From Camelus ferus (lineage: Eukaryota): 64,000 nucleotides of DNA. The DNA is taken from positions 72,232,001 through 72,296,000 of the forward strand of contig NC_045696.1 in NCBI RefSeq assembly GCF_009834535.1, given 5' to 3'. The translations under genes were made by a program, and so were the position numbers. The first letter of the stretch is position 1; every line of letters begins with the position of its first letter. The notes below the pieces were generated by a model. That model was not told where the DNA came from. It searched no databases and saw only the letters and a program-made list of their open reading frames with translations. Positions 24,941 through 36,030 of the stretch are shown here, piece after piece.

Positions 24941-26329
24941 CATTTCACCTTGGAGTTGGGCTTCTTTCCCCCAAGTCTCCCCTCAGGCACTTGGCCAAGA
25001 TGGCCCACACAGTTTCAGCCCTACTGGGATTCACAGGTTCTTTAAGCTTGGATTTGAACCCTGACTTGTGATATTTACTGCAGACCCTCCTCTTTGTCTG
25101 CTTACCTCTTTGAACAGTCCTCTCTGGATAATCACCCTTTTCTTCCCTGATTCTCTCATCCCCAAGGCCACACACACTGCACAGGCTGCTTTGCCCTGTA
25201 CATTGAGTTCATTCTGACCCATCTGTGGTCCAGGAGAAAGAAATCCCTGTCAGTGAGGCCACCCTGCCAGGCCAGCCCCTCTCCTCGGCTCAGACAAGGC
25301 ATGCAGAAGGGTTAACTTACAAAGACATTACAAAGAGCCTCCCCACTCAGGGAGGAGGGCTTTAAACATCCCATGGTACAGACAAACCCAGAGGTATTTG
25401 TTTCTGATAGAAAACATAAATTAGACTTCATGGGGTAGAGAGTTGGATGCTCTTTTGATGGAATGACTTCCAGGAAATTCAGGGCATCCCACCCCAAATT
25501 CAGGTAAGTCCTTTATAACCAAAGTGTAAGCAGAAGTCTGAGTTTCTATGGTATACTCTTTAGTTCAGGACCATTTCTGAACACATTAGCTGTCAGAACC
25601 AGGACACTTAGGGAAGAGCTAAGCAAATGTTCCCTGGGAACCAGAGTGCCACTTGAACATAAAGGGATCTGGGAGGGTTCTGTCTGGCCACGTGGATGAT
25701 GCTATAGTCACCTGAATGTTAGGCTACAGAAGCAATAATCTTTCATTATAGGCATTTCTAACCATTGCTGGTGCTTTCTTAGATGTCAACGAGTGAGTCC
25801 GGGTCTGGAGCAGCAGGTCTGTGTCTCAACAGTAACTGCACATGAGAGTGGTCTTCCGGGTGGACAGTTTATTCAGCAGTGATGCAAGCTGACATACTCA
25901 AACGTGGAAAGAAAATATTAGACTTCTAACTGCTAAAGTATTTCATAAATGTTACTTTTTTGGTTTTTTTTTCTAAGAATAGTGCCTGTATATAGTTTAC
26001 AAAAGTAAATATACATTTATTGAGGGTGTGTGCTCAATAATTTTTTATTGACTAGGATGAGTAATCAAAAAGTACTGGAGATCACAGCCCCAAAAGGCAA
26101 TTGGTTAGGTGTACAAAGCAGAATAATATTAGATTTTTATTTGCTGAGCAATTTCTCAATTGTGTGCTATTTACTTATTATTTAGCCATTGGTTTGGTGG
26201 CCAGGACTGGCTAAGACAAAGGAATAATCTGCTGCTGGTAATTAAGGAAACCCAAAACAAACCACTGAGTCGTGGCCATGGTCAGACGCTTTCTGTCTCT
26301 CCTTCCCTTAGATGGAGGACTACACTGGG

Positions 26330-26552
26330 AAAACAATGGTTTAGGAGTCAGACACACCACAGTATGACTCCAGAGTCTGCCTCTTATTTACTTCATGCTT
26401 TTGAGAAAGTAAATTAACATTTAACCTAGTTAGGCCCCACTTGCACACTACGTTTCTACACTTGCATAATGTGCTTGCTATAAGTGAAATTACGTAAGTA
26501 AGGCACCAAGCACAGTGCCTCGCGCATAGTAAGCACACAACAAATGCTGGTT
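26330..26552 (+). mobile_element. MIR SINE
   Basis: tggtttaggagtcagacac...cacagtgcctcgcgcatagtaagcac. Confidence 0.7.
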
Positions 26553-26609
26553 CCTGTGCTTCCTGAATTAGGCCAAGGGTTATTTGCATTCAAGGGTTCA
26601 CTGAATCTA

Positions 26610-27154
26610 TGAGACAGGAAGGAAGGGGGCAGGGCATAACCATTAAAAGAATGACACTGCCACTGAGGATATGACAACAATTAGAACCAGCTAAGCCCAA
26701 GATGGCAGAAGATTCGACTTCCAGCAGACCTTGATCCTCATTATCCGCTCATTGTAATACATTAGAATGCTAAATAACACACCCATAGGTGAACAACAGT
26801 TCCCAGGCTGACCATAAAAGGCCAAAAAGTGGGCAGGGGCCCAATTCCTGGAAATCCCTGGCTCTTCCCCAAAATGATTAGAAAATTCCTCCCACTCATT
26901 AGCCTATGAAATTACCCAGCCCATAAAAACTAACAACCCCATACCCAGGGCAGCTCTCTCCTTTTGAGATGGACTGTATTCTACCTATGGAGTGTGTATA
27001 TCTCTAAATAAACTTGCTTTACTTTACTGTGGCTTGCTCTTGAATTCTTTCCTGCACGAAGCCAAGGATCCTTCACTTGGAGTCCCACTCAACTCAGAGA
27101 CCCACCTGAGACCTGGGATGGGACCATTATCTCATGCCCCCTTGTCCTGCAATG
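26610..27154 (+). mobile_element. MER41-like ERV1 solo LTR
   Basis: TG start; collinear with the MER41 consensus as recalled: ccaagatggc..ctcattat..cattagaatgctaaa..ttcctggaa..ccataaaaa..aataaacttgcttt..gaattctttcctgcacgaagccaag. Confidence 0.88.
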
Positions 27155-27167
27155 ATTGTGCTGTTTT

Positions 27168-28785
27168 TGAACTAGAACAAATCATAATAAAATTTATATG
27201 GAACCGTCAAAGACCTAGAATTGCCAAAGCATGACTGAAGAGAAAGAAAGAGGCTGGAGGAATAACTCTCCCAGACTTCAGACAACACTATAGAGCTACA
27301 GTCATCAAGACAGCATGGTATTGGTACAAAAACAGACATATAGACCAATGGAACAGAATAGAGAGCCCAGAAACGAACCCACAAACTTTTGGTCAACTAA
27401 TCTTCGACAAAGGAGACAAGAATATACAATGGAATAAAGACAGTCTCTTCAGCAAATGGTGTTGGGAAAACTGGACAGCAGCATGTAAAGCAATGAAGCT
27501 AGAACACTCCCTTACAACATACACGAAAATAAACTCAAAATGGATCAAAGACTTAAACATAAGACAAGATACAATAAACCTCCTAGAAGAAAATATAGGC
27601 AAAACATTATCTGACATACATCTCAAAAATGTTCTCCTAGGACAGTCTACCCAAGCAATAGAAATAAAAGCAAGAATAAACAAATGGGACCTAATGAAAC
27701 TTATAAGCTTCCATAAGCAAAACAAAATGACAACTTATGGAATGGGAGAAAATTTTTGCAAAAGATGAAACCAACAAAGGCTTGATCTCCAGAATATATA
27801 AACAGCTCATATCACTTAATAATAAAAAATAAACAACCCAATCCAGAAATGGGCTGAAGACCTAAACAAGCAATTCTCCAAGGAAGAAATACAAGTGATC
27901 AATAGGCACATGAAAAAATGCTTAATATCACTAATTATCAGAGAAATGCAAGTCAAAACTACAATGAGGTATCACCTCACACCAGCCAGAATGGCCATCA
28001 TTCAAAAGTCCACACATGACAAATGCTGGAGAGGCTGTGAAGAAAAGGGAACCCTCCTGCATTGCTGGTGGGAATGCAGTTTGGTGCAGCCACTGTGGAA
28101 AACAGTATGGAGATTCCTTAAAAGACTAGGAATAGACTTACCATATGACCCAGGAATCCCGCTCCTGGGTATATATCCAGAAGGAGCCCTACTTCAAAAA
28201 GATATCTGCACCCCAGTGTTCATAGCAGCACTATTTACAATAGCCAAGACATGGAAACAGCCTAAATGTCCATCGACAGATGACTGGATAAAGAAGATGT
28301 GGTGTATTTATACAAAATATTCAGCCATAAAAAAATGACAACATAATGCCATCTGCAGCAACATGGACGTTCCTGGAGAATGTCATTCTAAGTGAAGTAA
28401 GCCAGAAAGAGAAAGAAAAATACCATATGAGATGGCTCATATGTGGAATCTAAAAAAAAAAAAAAAAAAAAAAAAAAGAACACAAATACAGAAGAGAAAC
28501 GGACTCATAGACATAGAATACAAATTTGCAGTTGCCAGAGGGGAGGGTAGTGGGAAGGGACAGACTGGGAGTTTGAAATTTGTAGATACTGACAGGCATA
28601 TGTGGAATAGATAAACAAGATTATACTGTATAGCACAGGGAAATATATATAAGATCTTGTGGTGGCTCACAGCGAAAAAGAATGCGACAATGAATATATG
28701 CATGTTCATGTATAACTGAAAAATTGTGCTCTACACTGGAAATTGACACAACATTGTAAACTGACTATAACTCAATAAAAAAAAA
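27168..28785 (+). mobile_element. Young camelid L1, 1.6 kb, 5'-truncated
   Basis: ORF2 C-terminal fragments (27493-27768, 27895-28338), 3' UTR and poly(A); perfect 13-bp TSD attgtgctgtttt at 27155-27167 and 28786-28798. Confidence 0.98.
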
Positions 28786-29482
28786 ATTGTGCTGTTTTCA
28801 ACCCTCTACTTGTGAGACCGTTTTTTTCCTCCTCCTCCTCCTCCTTCTTCTGAATGTTTGAAAGTTTTTTACTCCTCAGTTTTGGGGTCTAAGTGGGGAG
28901 AGGACTGCACTCACAGGGCTGGGTACCCTTTAAGGACCTGCTTCAGAGAAGGGAGCTCTTCCTCCTTCTCACCTCCCTTTGGGAAGGCATGATTGGCAGT
29001 GTTGACATTCAATCCTGAGTCCACTCCCTCAATGCACAGGTCCCTCTGTGTTTTAGAAACAACATGAACATAAATGCTTCTTGCCCAGGCAGGTGTCCCC
29101 CTCCTCTCTCTCCTCCCTACCACCTACAAACACTTCAAATCACCACCATATGGACTGAGGAGGGGTCCAATGCTCCACGAATGGACTTTCAACCAATTCT
29201 GTTTTCAGACCTTCGTAGCACCTCCCACCTTCTGTGGCTCCTGTTGCCTCCAAATCCTAAGCTTCTGATTGGTTCTGCCAGGCACTTTGGTTTGTTCTCC
29301 TTGGGATCCCTGCCTACAGACAGTTTCCACAGCTCTCTCCCTTTTGCTAATGAAACTGAGTCCTCCTAAAACTGAGTTCCCCTGCCGAATTTATGATTAA
29401 CCTCTCTATCCAAAACTTTATTTCCTTCCTTGTCCTGTACCTGTTCCCCTCAAGATTGAAGAGTAGCAAACAAAAGGGGGAT

Positions 29483-30119
29483 TGAAACCAAGCAGGACCC
29501 TGCGGGGTCATCCCAGGTACAAAAGCCCCTCCGTGTCCCCGTTTTCTGTTTGTAGAAGAAAGGCTTTAGTCTCCCAGGCCTTCCCTGAGTTCCAAAGAGC
29601 AGGCACAAGCAGTTACTAATTAGGGAAGGAAGGGATTGCAGAAACAAAGCAAAAGCAGTGAAACAAGAAAAGTAATAATAATTGTTAAATAGGGCAGACA
29701 AAGCAGAGTCATAGTTCCTCCTCAAGGCATATACATAATAATCTGACAGATATCTTTGAGTTGTTCTTCAGGAACTAAGACCTCCACCCCGGTGGAAGAT
29801 GGTGATACAAGCTGAACACAAGCGCTAGACCTGAGGAATCAGAAGGTTGGTGACTGAGATTCCTAAAACATCACCCTGTTACCTCACCATCTACCAATCA
29901 GAAGAAAGTCATCAATCCTGCAGTCCTCACCCTCAAATGTTGCCTTTAAAATCACTTCTCCCTGAAAACCAACAAGGAGTTTGGGTCTTTTGAGCATCAG
30001 CTGCCTGTACTCTGCTGGGCCCTGCGATAAACGCCGTTCTTCCCTTCACCGCAAGCCGGGTCAGTAAACTGGCTTTGCTGCACAGCTGGTGAGCTGACTC
30101 AAGGTTCGGTTTGGTGACA
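29483..30119 (+). mobile_element. ERV1-class LTR preceded by a polypurine tract (3' LTR of a deleted provirus)
   Basis: TGAAAC...GGTGACA termini, CCAAT box and TATA-like tttaaa; upstream aaacaaaagggggat; homologous to the LTR at 32251-32790. Confidence 0.85.
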
Positions 30120-30557
30120 CTAACACAATCTACTTTTTGTGTTGTAAAATTTTGTTAACCTCCTCTACTCATATCTCCTCTCCTAGAATCTTTGTTAAGA
30201 TATTTATGTCTTCCTTTTCACTTACTGACATTGTAGTGAGGACTTGAATTGGCAAGGAGATAAATGTATATGATCAGTCTATTTATTTAACCAGAAATCA
30301 GCCTTTACTTTGAGTGGTTCAATTTGTTTTTAATCATGTCTCTTAAGGGCAACAAATGATGAAATTAAAAAATCCATTCTGGGATCTTTCTAATTTTGAA
30401 AGAGAAATTTAGCTCTTTTAATGTTTTGATTAGTACATTTATACATTGTAGTTTTCTATTGAATACTTTTGGTTATGTCATTTTCATAGCACATTTTAAA
30501 GCCTTCATTTAATTCCATGTAGATAACTATCAAATGTTTTAACCCCAGCTTTATTCT

Positions 30558-31018
30558 TGTCGATTAAAAATTAATCAGTCGATCTAAGAAAGAAATGGAA
30601 AATTTTATACAAGCCAAACTTGAGGATTATAACCTGGGAAGGGCATTTCAGAAAGCTCTGAAAATTATTCTGCTGATTAGAAATCAAGGCACAGTTGTAC
30701 TTTTTTGAGACAGAGGGCTGTACATCAAATGACATACTGTTGACAGTTTACATAATCCAGATCTAAGCGACATCCTGGTGGGTCATGTGACCCCTTGCAA
30801 GATCAAGAAGGAATGTCATCTTTTAAGGAGTTGTCTTGTTGATGCTAGGAGAATGCTGCTTTTGATGCTTGAGCAGGTATTCCTGCCAATGAGGGGGTCT
30901 GTCAATGCACAATGCAGATAAACAATGCACAGTGAGGGGAGAAGAGCCCAAAGGGCAGAGAAGAATTTTTTATGTTTAAGTTTTTCTTGTCTTGACATAA
31001 AATATGAATTTTATTTCA
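30558..31018 (-). mobile_element. ERV solo LTR (probably ERV1 class)
   Basis: Minus-strand TGAAATAAAATTC...ATCGACA termini; 4-bp flanks ttct/gtct match at 3 of 4 positions. Confidence 0.75.
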
Positions 31019-31179
31019 GTCTTCTAAATACTTTTATTCCATAACTTCTAATTTGATTTAATTATCTTAAAGTCTTGGGGTGGAGTGTCGAAATTTTCCA
31101 GTTGGTAAAATTCACCTTTGAGGCATTTTATCCTTCCTAACAAAATAGTAATATCCATCTGGAAATTCATTGTTTTAAA

Positions 31180-31380
31180 AGTATTTTCATGCATACCATA
31201 CAGCTTTCTTCTCCCAACAACCTGTAAAGGAAGCAGTGAAGATACTCTCCAAATTGACAACAGAGGAATACGTAGTGGTTGGGAGGTGTGACTTAGTGAC
31301 TCACTGAAGTCCTGACCGTGAAGTCACAGCCAGGCCAAGTCAGTCCCCCAGCTCCTGTTAAGGTGCTCTTTCCACTTCTA
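31180..31380 (-). mobile_element. MIR remnant
   Basis: ctcccaacaacctgtaaagg...gacaacagaggaa...ttagtgact...aagtcacagc. Confidence 0.55.
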
Positions 31381-31439
31381 AACCCTCTGACATTTGTTCT
31401 TTATGATAACAAATTAATTTCTCACACGTTATTCCCTAT

Positions 31440-31982
31440 TGTACCCTGCAGGCCAAACCTACTAGGGGACAGTTGGCAGCAGGTGTCATGGGTTGGTAAA
31501 AAGAATTTACCAAAGGCAGGGAGAAGTTTAAGAACAAAGGAAAAGTTTAATAGGTATGTTGCTGCAGGCAACAGCAGGCCACACAGGCAAGACGTGCCTG
31601 TGTGTCCATTGAGTGTGAATGTGCAGGGTCTTTTATTGAGGAAGGGGCCGTGAACACAAAGGGCTAGGGGAACAGAGTTTTGGTTGGCCAAAAGTGAGGT
31701 AAGGGGCTTTGGTACACGGGAGGGTAGTGGGTTTATGACTCCAGTAAGATGGAGACGTGAGCTGACACAGCAAGGTAGCGGAATTTATGACTCCGATTAG
31801 GGGGAGATGTGGGCTGTGACAAGTCAGCCTGAGCTACTGTGAGACTAGCCATTTCCCAGGGCTGTTTCCTAAGGCAAACACCTGTCAGGAGTTTATCTTC
31901 CGAAGAGGAGCAGGGCTGTAAGTTTGGGGGCCACGGGGCCTTGGCAGGCACCAGTCGGTACTGCAAAACCCTTGAAACCTCA
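31440..31982 (-). mobile_element. ERV LTR, family uncertain
   Basis: TG...CA-bounded ~540 bp block, minus-strand ATTAAA near 31546, LTR-like GC-rich composition. Confidence 0.6.
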
Positions 31983-32139
31983 AGTCCAGTTTACTGCGAG
32001 TCTCTATTTCTTCTGTCTCTATGTCAACACGTTGTCTTCTCTTATGTTTTTGTCTTTGTCCTACCTTCCTGAGTGTACATCCTTGCTACTGACCACTCAA
32101 ACTTGTCAGATGATTTTCAAGGCCTCCCAAAATCTATAC

Positions 32140-32945
32140 TAATAGCTACCAATTATCGGGTGCTTTCTGTATGTCGTGTCATACTAAAAACTTTGTAGTA
32201 TATTAATTCACTTAATTTACTCATCAATTCAGTGAGATAAGCTCTACTATTGAAACAGAGCAGGAAGCAGTGGTATAAACCTTTCCATGTCCTCCCCCAC
32301 CCAGCTTCTTGTTTGTCGGAAATAGGCTTCATTCAGCCTCCTTGATCTTCCCTGAGTTCCAAACAGCAGATTCAGTTGCTAATCTGGGAAGGGAGGGAAT
32401 GCAGAAACAAGGGAGGAACTGTAAAAAAACAGTGCAGCCTTGGGGCAGGGTCCTGGTTCCTCCTCAAGGGATATAAAGAATAATATCTTCGAGTTCTTGC
32501 AGGAACTAAGGTCTCCACCCAGGTGGAGGATGGTAACTTCAGGCTGAGCACGGAATTCCTGGAGCACCTCACCACCAACCAATCAGAAGAAAGTCACACA
32601 CTTTCTGCAGCCCTACCCCAAATTTTGCCTATAAAAACTGTTCCCCGAAAGCCATCGGAGAGTTTGGGGCTTTTAAGCACTTGTTCTCCTTGCTTGGCCT
32701 TGCAATAAACGTTCCTCTGCTCCAAACTCTGATGTTTTGGTTTGTTTGGCCTCGCTGTGTGTCGGGCACACAAACTTGTATTGGATAACACTATTACTAT
32801 TTATCATTCCCACTTTACAAAGGGGGATGGTGGGTACAGAAAAATGAAATAATTTGCAAAGCTCACCACACACCTAGTGAGCACCAGAACCAGGGTTTGA
32901 ACTCAGGCAGTTGGCCTTTGGAGCTTTGCTGATTCCATAATCTCA
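32140..32945 (-). mobile_element. MIR SINE split by the LTR at 32251-32790
   Basis: Left half aatagctacc...tcacttaatttactcatcaa; right half cccactttacaaag...aataatttgc...agggtttgaactcaggcag. Confidence 0.8.
32251..32790 (+). mobile_element. ERV1-class solo LTR
   Basis: TGAAAC...ATAACA termini, 4-bp TSD ctat (32247-32250, 32791-32794), CCAAT, TATAAA and AATAAA in the expected order. Confidence 0.92.
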
Positions 32946-33454
32946 CTTTGGTATGACTTCCTGCTGTTAAAGTCCATCATACAAAACTCCCATCTCTACC
33001 CCAGCCTGAAATCCAGATGGAATGACAAAAAACAACTACCTCATTTTTTTTCCTCATTATTTTCTCACATCTCAGACATCCAATAATTCTTGTGGGTGCC
33101 AAAGACTAACCTAGGTTTTCTAGTATTTGCTCACCATCTGACATCCTAAAGAAGTGTTCAGAGTTGCTTAGACCCTGTGGCCAGGTCATTGGAGGAGTTG
33201 AAATTGAGGTTGAAGGTCTACTCTTACCTTCTACATCTAACCTGCCCTCTTGTTATCTACAGCACTAGGCATGCTGTGTTCCTTGGAGCATATGCCCAGT
33301 GAGTCCCAAAGTCACAGGTTTTAAATTTATTTCCTTAGCATGAAATTGATTATTGGTTCATTTCCTATTGACTCTCTATACTATGGACAGGACTTCCTAA
33401 ATGAATTTGAACTAAATGAATCAAAATGTTAATGGTTAAATACTTTTTTTGTTT

Positions 33455-33600
33455 TTCCTTTTTAAAATTAAAATAATTAGTTGTAGTAAAAAGCACATTA
33501 ACATAAAATTTACCATCTTAATGGTTTTTAAGTTATAAGTATATTAAGTATAGTTTAGTAGTGCTAAGTATATTCACCTTGTAGTGTGACAGATCTCCCA
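33455..33600 (-). mobile_element. L1MB-type 3' tail
   Basis: aacataaaatttaccatctta...gtagtgctaagtatattcac; reverse complement of the type at 20340-20506. Confidence 0.85.
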
Positions 33601-33630
33601 TAGTTAAAACACTTCTAAAACAGGAACGTT

Positions 33631-34314
33631 CAGCCACTGTGGAAAACAGTATGGCAATTCCTCAAAAGACTAGGAATAGACTTATCATACGACCCAGGAA
33701 CCCTGCTCCTGGGCATATATCCAGAAGGAACTCTACTTCCAAATGACACCTGCACTCCAGTGTTCATAGCAGCACTATTTACAATAGCCAAGACATGGAA
33801 ACAGCCTAAATGTCCACCGACAGATGACTGGATAAAGCAGATGTGGTATACTTAAACAATGGAATACTACCCAGCCATAAAAAGACAACATAACACCATT
33901 TGCAGCAACATGGATGTCCCTGGAGAATGTCATTCTAAGTGAAGTAAGCCAGAAAGAGAAAGAAAAATACCATATGAGATTGCTCATATGTGGAATCTTA
34001 AAAAAAAAAAAAAAGAACATAAATACAAAACAGAATTAGACTCATAGACACAGAATACAAACTTGTGGTTGCCAGGGGGATGGGAGGTGGAAGGGACAGA
34101 CTGGAATTTCAAAATGTAGAATAGATAAATGAGATTGTACTGTATAGCACAGGGAAATATATACAGGATCTTGTGGTGGCTCACAGCAAAAGAGAATGTG
34201 ACAATGAATGTATGTACGTTCATGTATAACTGAAAAACTGTGCTCTATACTGGAATTTGACACAACATTGTAAAATGACTATAACTCAATAAAAAAGTAA
34301 AAAAAAAAAAAAAG
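33631..34314 (+). mobile_element. Young camelid L1, 5'-truncated
   Basis: Same family as 27168-28785; TSD aaaacaggaacgttc (33617-33631) / aaaacagtaacgttc (34315-34329). Confidence 0.97.
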
Positions 34315-34605
34315 AAAACAGTAACGTTCTAGGTGGACATATTGTTCTTGTTAGGGAATAAGATACCTCAAATATTGTGAATTTAGCCAGCTGGAAAATA
34401 CTGGTACTTGACAGAAATAGGGAGTTTGGGAGGCTGAAATTTGGGGGACGAGTTAATGATTATCTCTGGTTGTGGTATTATGCATGATTATTTTCTTCTT
34501 AGTGTCTTAAATCTGAAGGTTTTCCTACACTGTGCATGTGTTACTTTTTGTTGTTGCTGTTACTTTTTTTTTTTTTTCATAAATGAAACAAAAGAAACAA
34601 AGGGA

Positions 34606-34783
34606 GAGGGGAGGGTATAGCTGAGTGGTAGGTAGACTGTGTGCTTAGTATGCACAAGGTCCTGGGTTCAATCCCCAGCCCCTCTGTTTAAAAATAGACA
34701 AATAAAAATACTATATTTCAATGAAATAAAAAAAATAAAAAACTCTAATTACCCCCCAAAACAACAACAACAACAGCAACAGC

Positions 34784-34819
<36 letters not shown>
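34606..34819 (+). mobile_element. Camelid tRNA-Ala-derived SINE with a (CAA)n tail
   Basis: tRNA-like head and B box ggttcaatcc; perfect 15-bp TSD aaagaaacaaaggga (34591-34605, 34820-34834). Confidence 0.93.

Positions 34820-34820
<1 letters not shown>
34760..34820. repeat. (CAA)n microsatellite with two CAG interruptions
   Basis: About 20 triplets read directly from the sequence. Confidence 0.95.
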
Positions 34821-34821
<1 letters not shown>

Positions 34822-35519
34822 AGAAACAAAGGGAAAACAGCACAGCTTCCTGACAGATAGGTGTCAAACATGTATGCCCCAGTTTAATATCAGTACATCA
34901 GAAGGTTACTTTTAGGCACTCTTTTATAGGAGAACTTTCCTGGTCTTAACTAGAATGAAGCATTTTCTGAAGTTTGGGCACAGAGGTTCAGGGAAGCTGC
35001 TGACAGCTGAGGCTCCTTGGGATGCCCAAGTTAACTTGTAAATTCTTGCTGTATTCTTGGACTTTCTGGTTACACTTTGTCCAGGGCATAAAACCACAAA
35101 TTAAAACACCCTTTGGCGCCACCTTATGCTAAGTTGAATGAATTGCACCTTTTGAGACTGGTTTCACTGTATAGACTGAGTAGCTAGACTCTCCAAGAAT
35201 TAGAGAGATAAGGAATTTGTTTTTGTAACTACACCGTTTTTCTTTCCTTTCTACAAATTTACTCTTACGTGATGTGATACTTGAATTGTTTGATACTTGG
35301 GTCTCTGATTTAGGTAAACATTTGTTTGGACAAATATTTGTGCGGAATTTTATACATTTGTTATCAGGTTCTCCTGTTCGTGTCACAAGGATGTCCCAAG
35401 ACTCACTTGGGATGATGCACCTGAGAGCCCTTCATGTATGACATCATTGCCAGGGGAGGACAGAACTAGGAAGCCATGGCTAAGCGGAAGGAGGAAAGTG
35501 CTTTGTAACAGTGGTAAAG

Positions 35520-35800
35520 TCAATCATTAATAACAATGACAGTCAACACTTAAATGATGCTTACCGTGCCAGGCCCTGATCTAATCACTTTTATGTATTG
35601 ACTCACTTAATCTTTCCAACAACCTGATGAGGTAGGTACAATCACTATCTCCATTTTAAAGATCAAGAAATGGGGTCACACAGAGATTAAGTAACTTACT
35701 CAAGGTCACACAGTTAAGTAAGTAGCCAAGCCAAGATCTGAATTTTGAACTTGCACATTTTGGCAGCAGAGTCCATAGTCATTAGGCAACACTGCCTCTA
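35520..35800 (-). mobile_element. MIR SINE, near full length
   Basis: gtgccaggccctg...ttaatctttccaacaacctgatgaggtaggta...agagattaagtaacttactcaaggtcacacag. Confidence 0.9.
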
Positions 35801-35829
35801 ACATTAAGATGCTAGAAGTTATAGTTTCC

Positions 35830-36030
35830 ACTTACTGAGCAATTACTGTGTGGGATAAGTGCACACATGCTTCATCTCGTTTCATTCTCACATTGACACC
35901 AAAAGACAGGCACTAATTATCTCATTTTAGAGATCAGGAGTCTAGGCTTAGGGTAGCTAAATAACTTGTCCAAAGTCATATAGTTGTTAAATAGCTGAGT
36001 CCAGATCTATCTGATTTCAGAGCCCCAGTT
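35830..36030 (-). mobile_element. MIR SINE
   Basis: ttactgagcaattactgtgtg...ctcattttagagat...aataacttgtccaaagtcatatag. Confidence 0.8.

Noticed and set aside
29483..32790. Two related same-orientation LTRs 2.1 kb apart as the ends of one provirus
   Set aside because: The left LTR has a polypurine tract upstream (so it is a 3' LTR), the right one has its own 4-bp TSD inside a MIR, they differ by large indels, and no gag/pol/env lies between them
34639..34860. Polyglutamine ORF
   Set aside because: Translation of a SINE and its (CAA)n tail, with a non-ATG start
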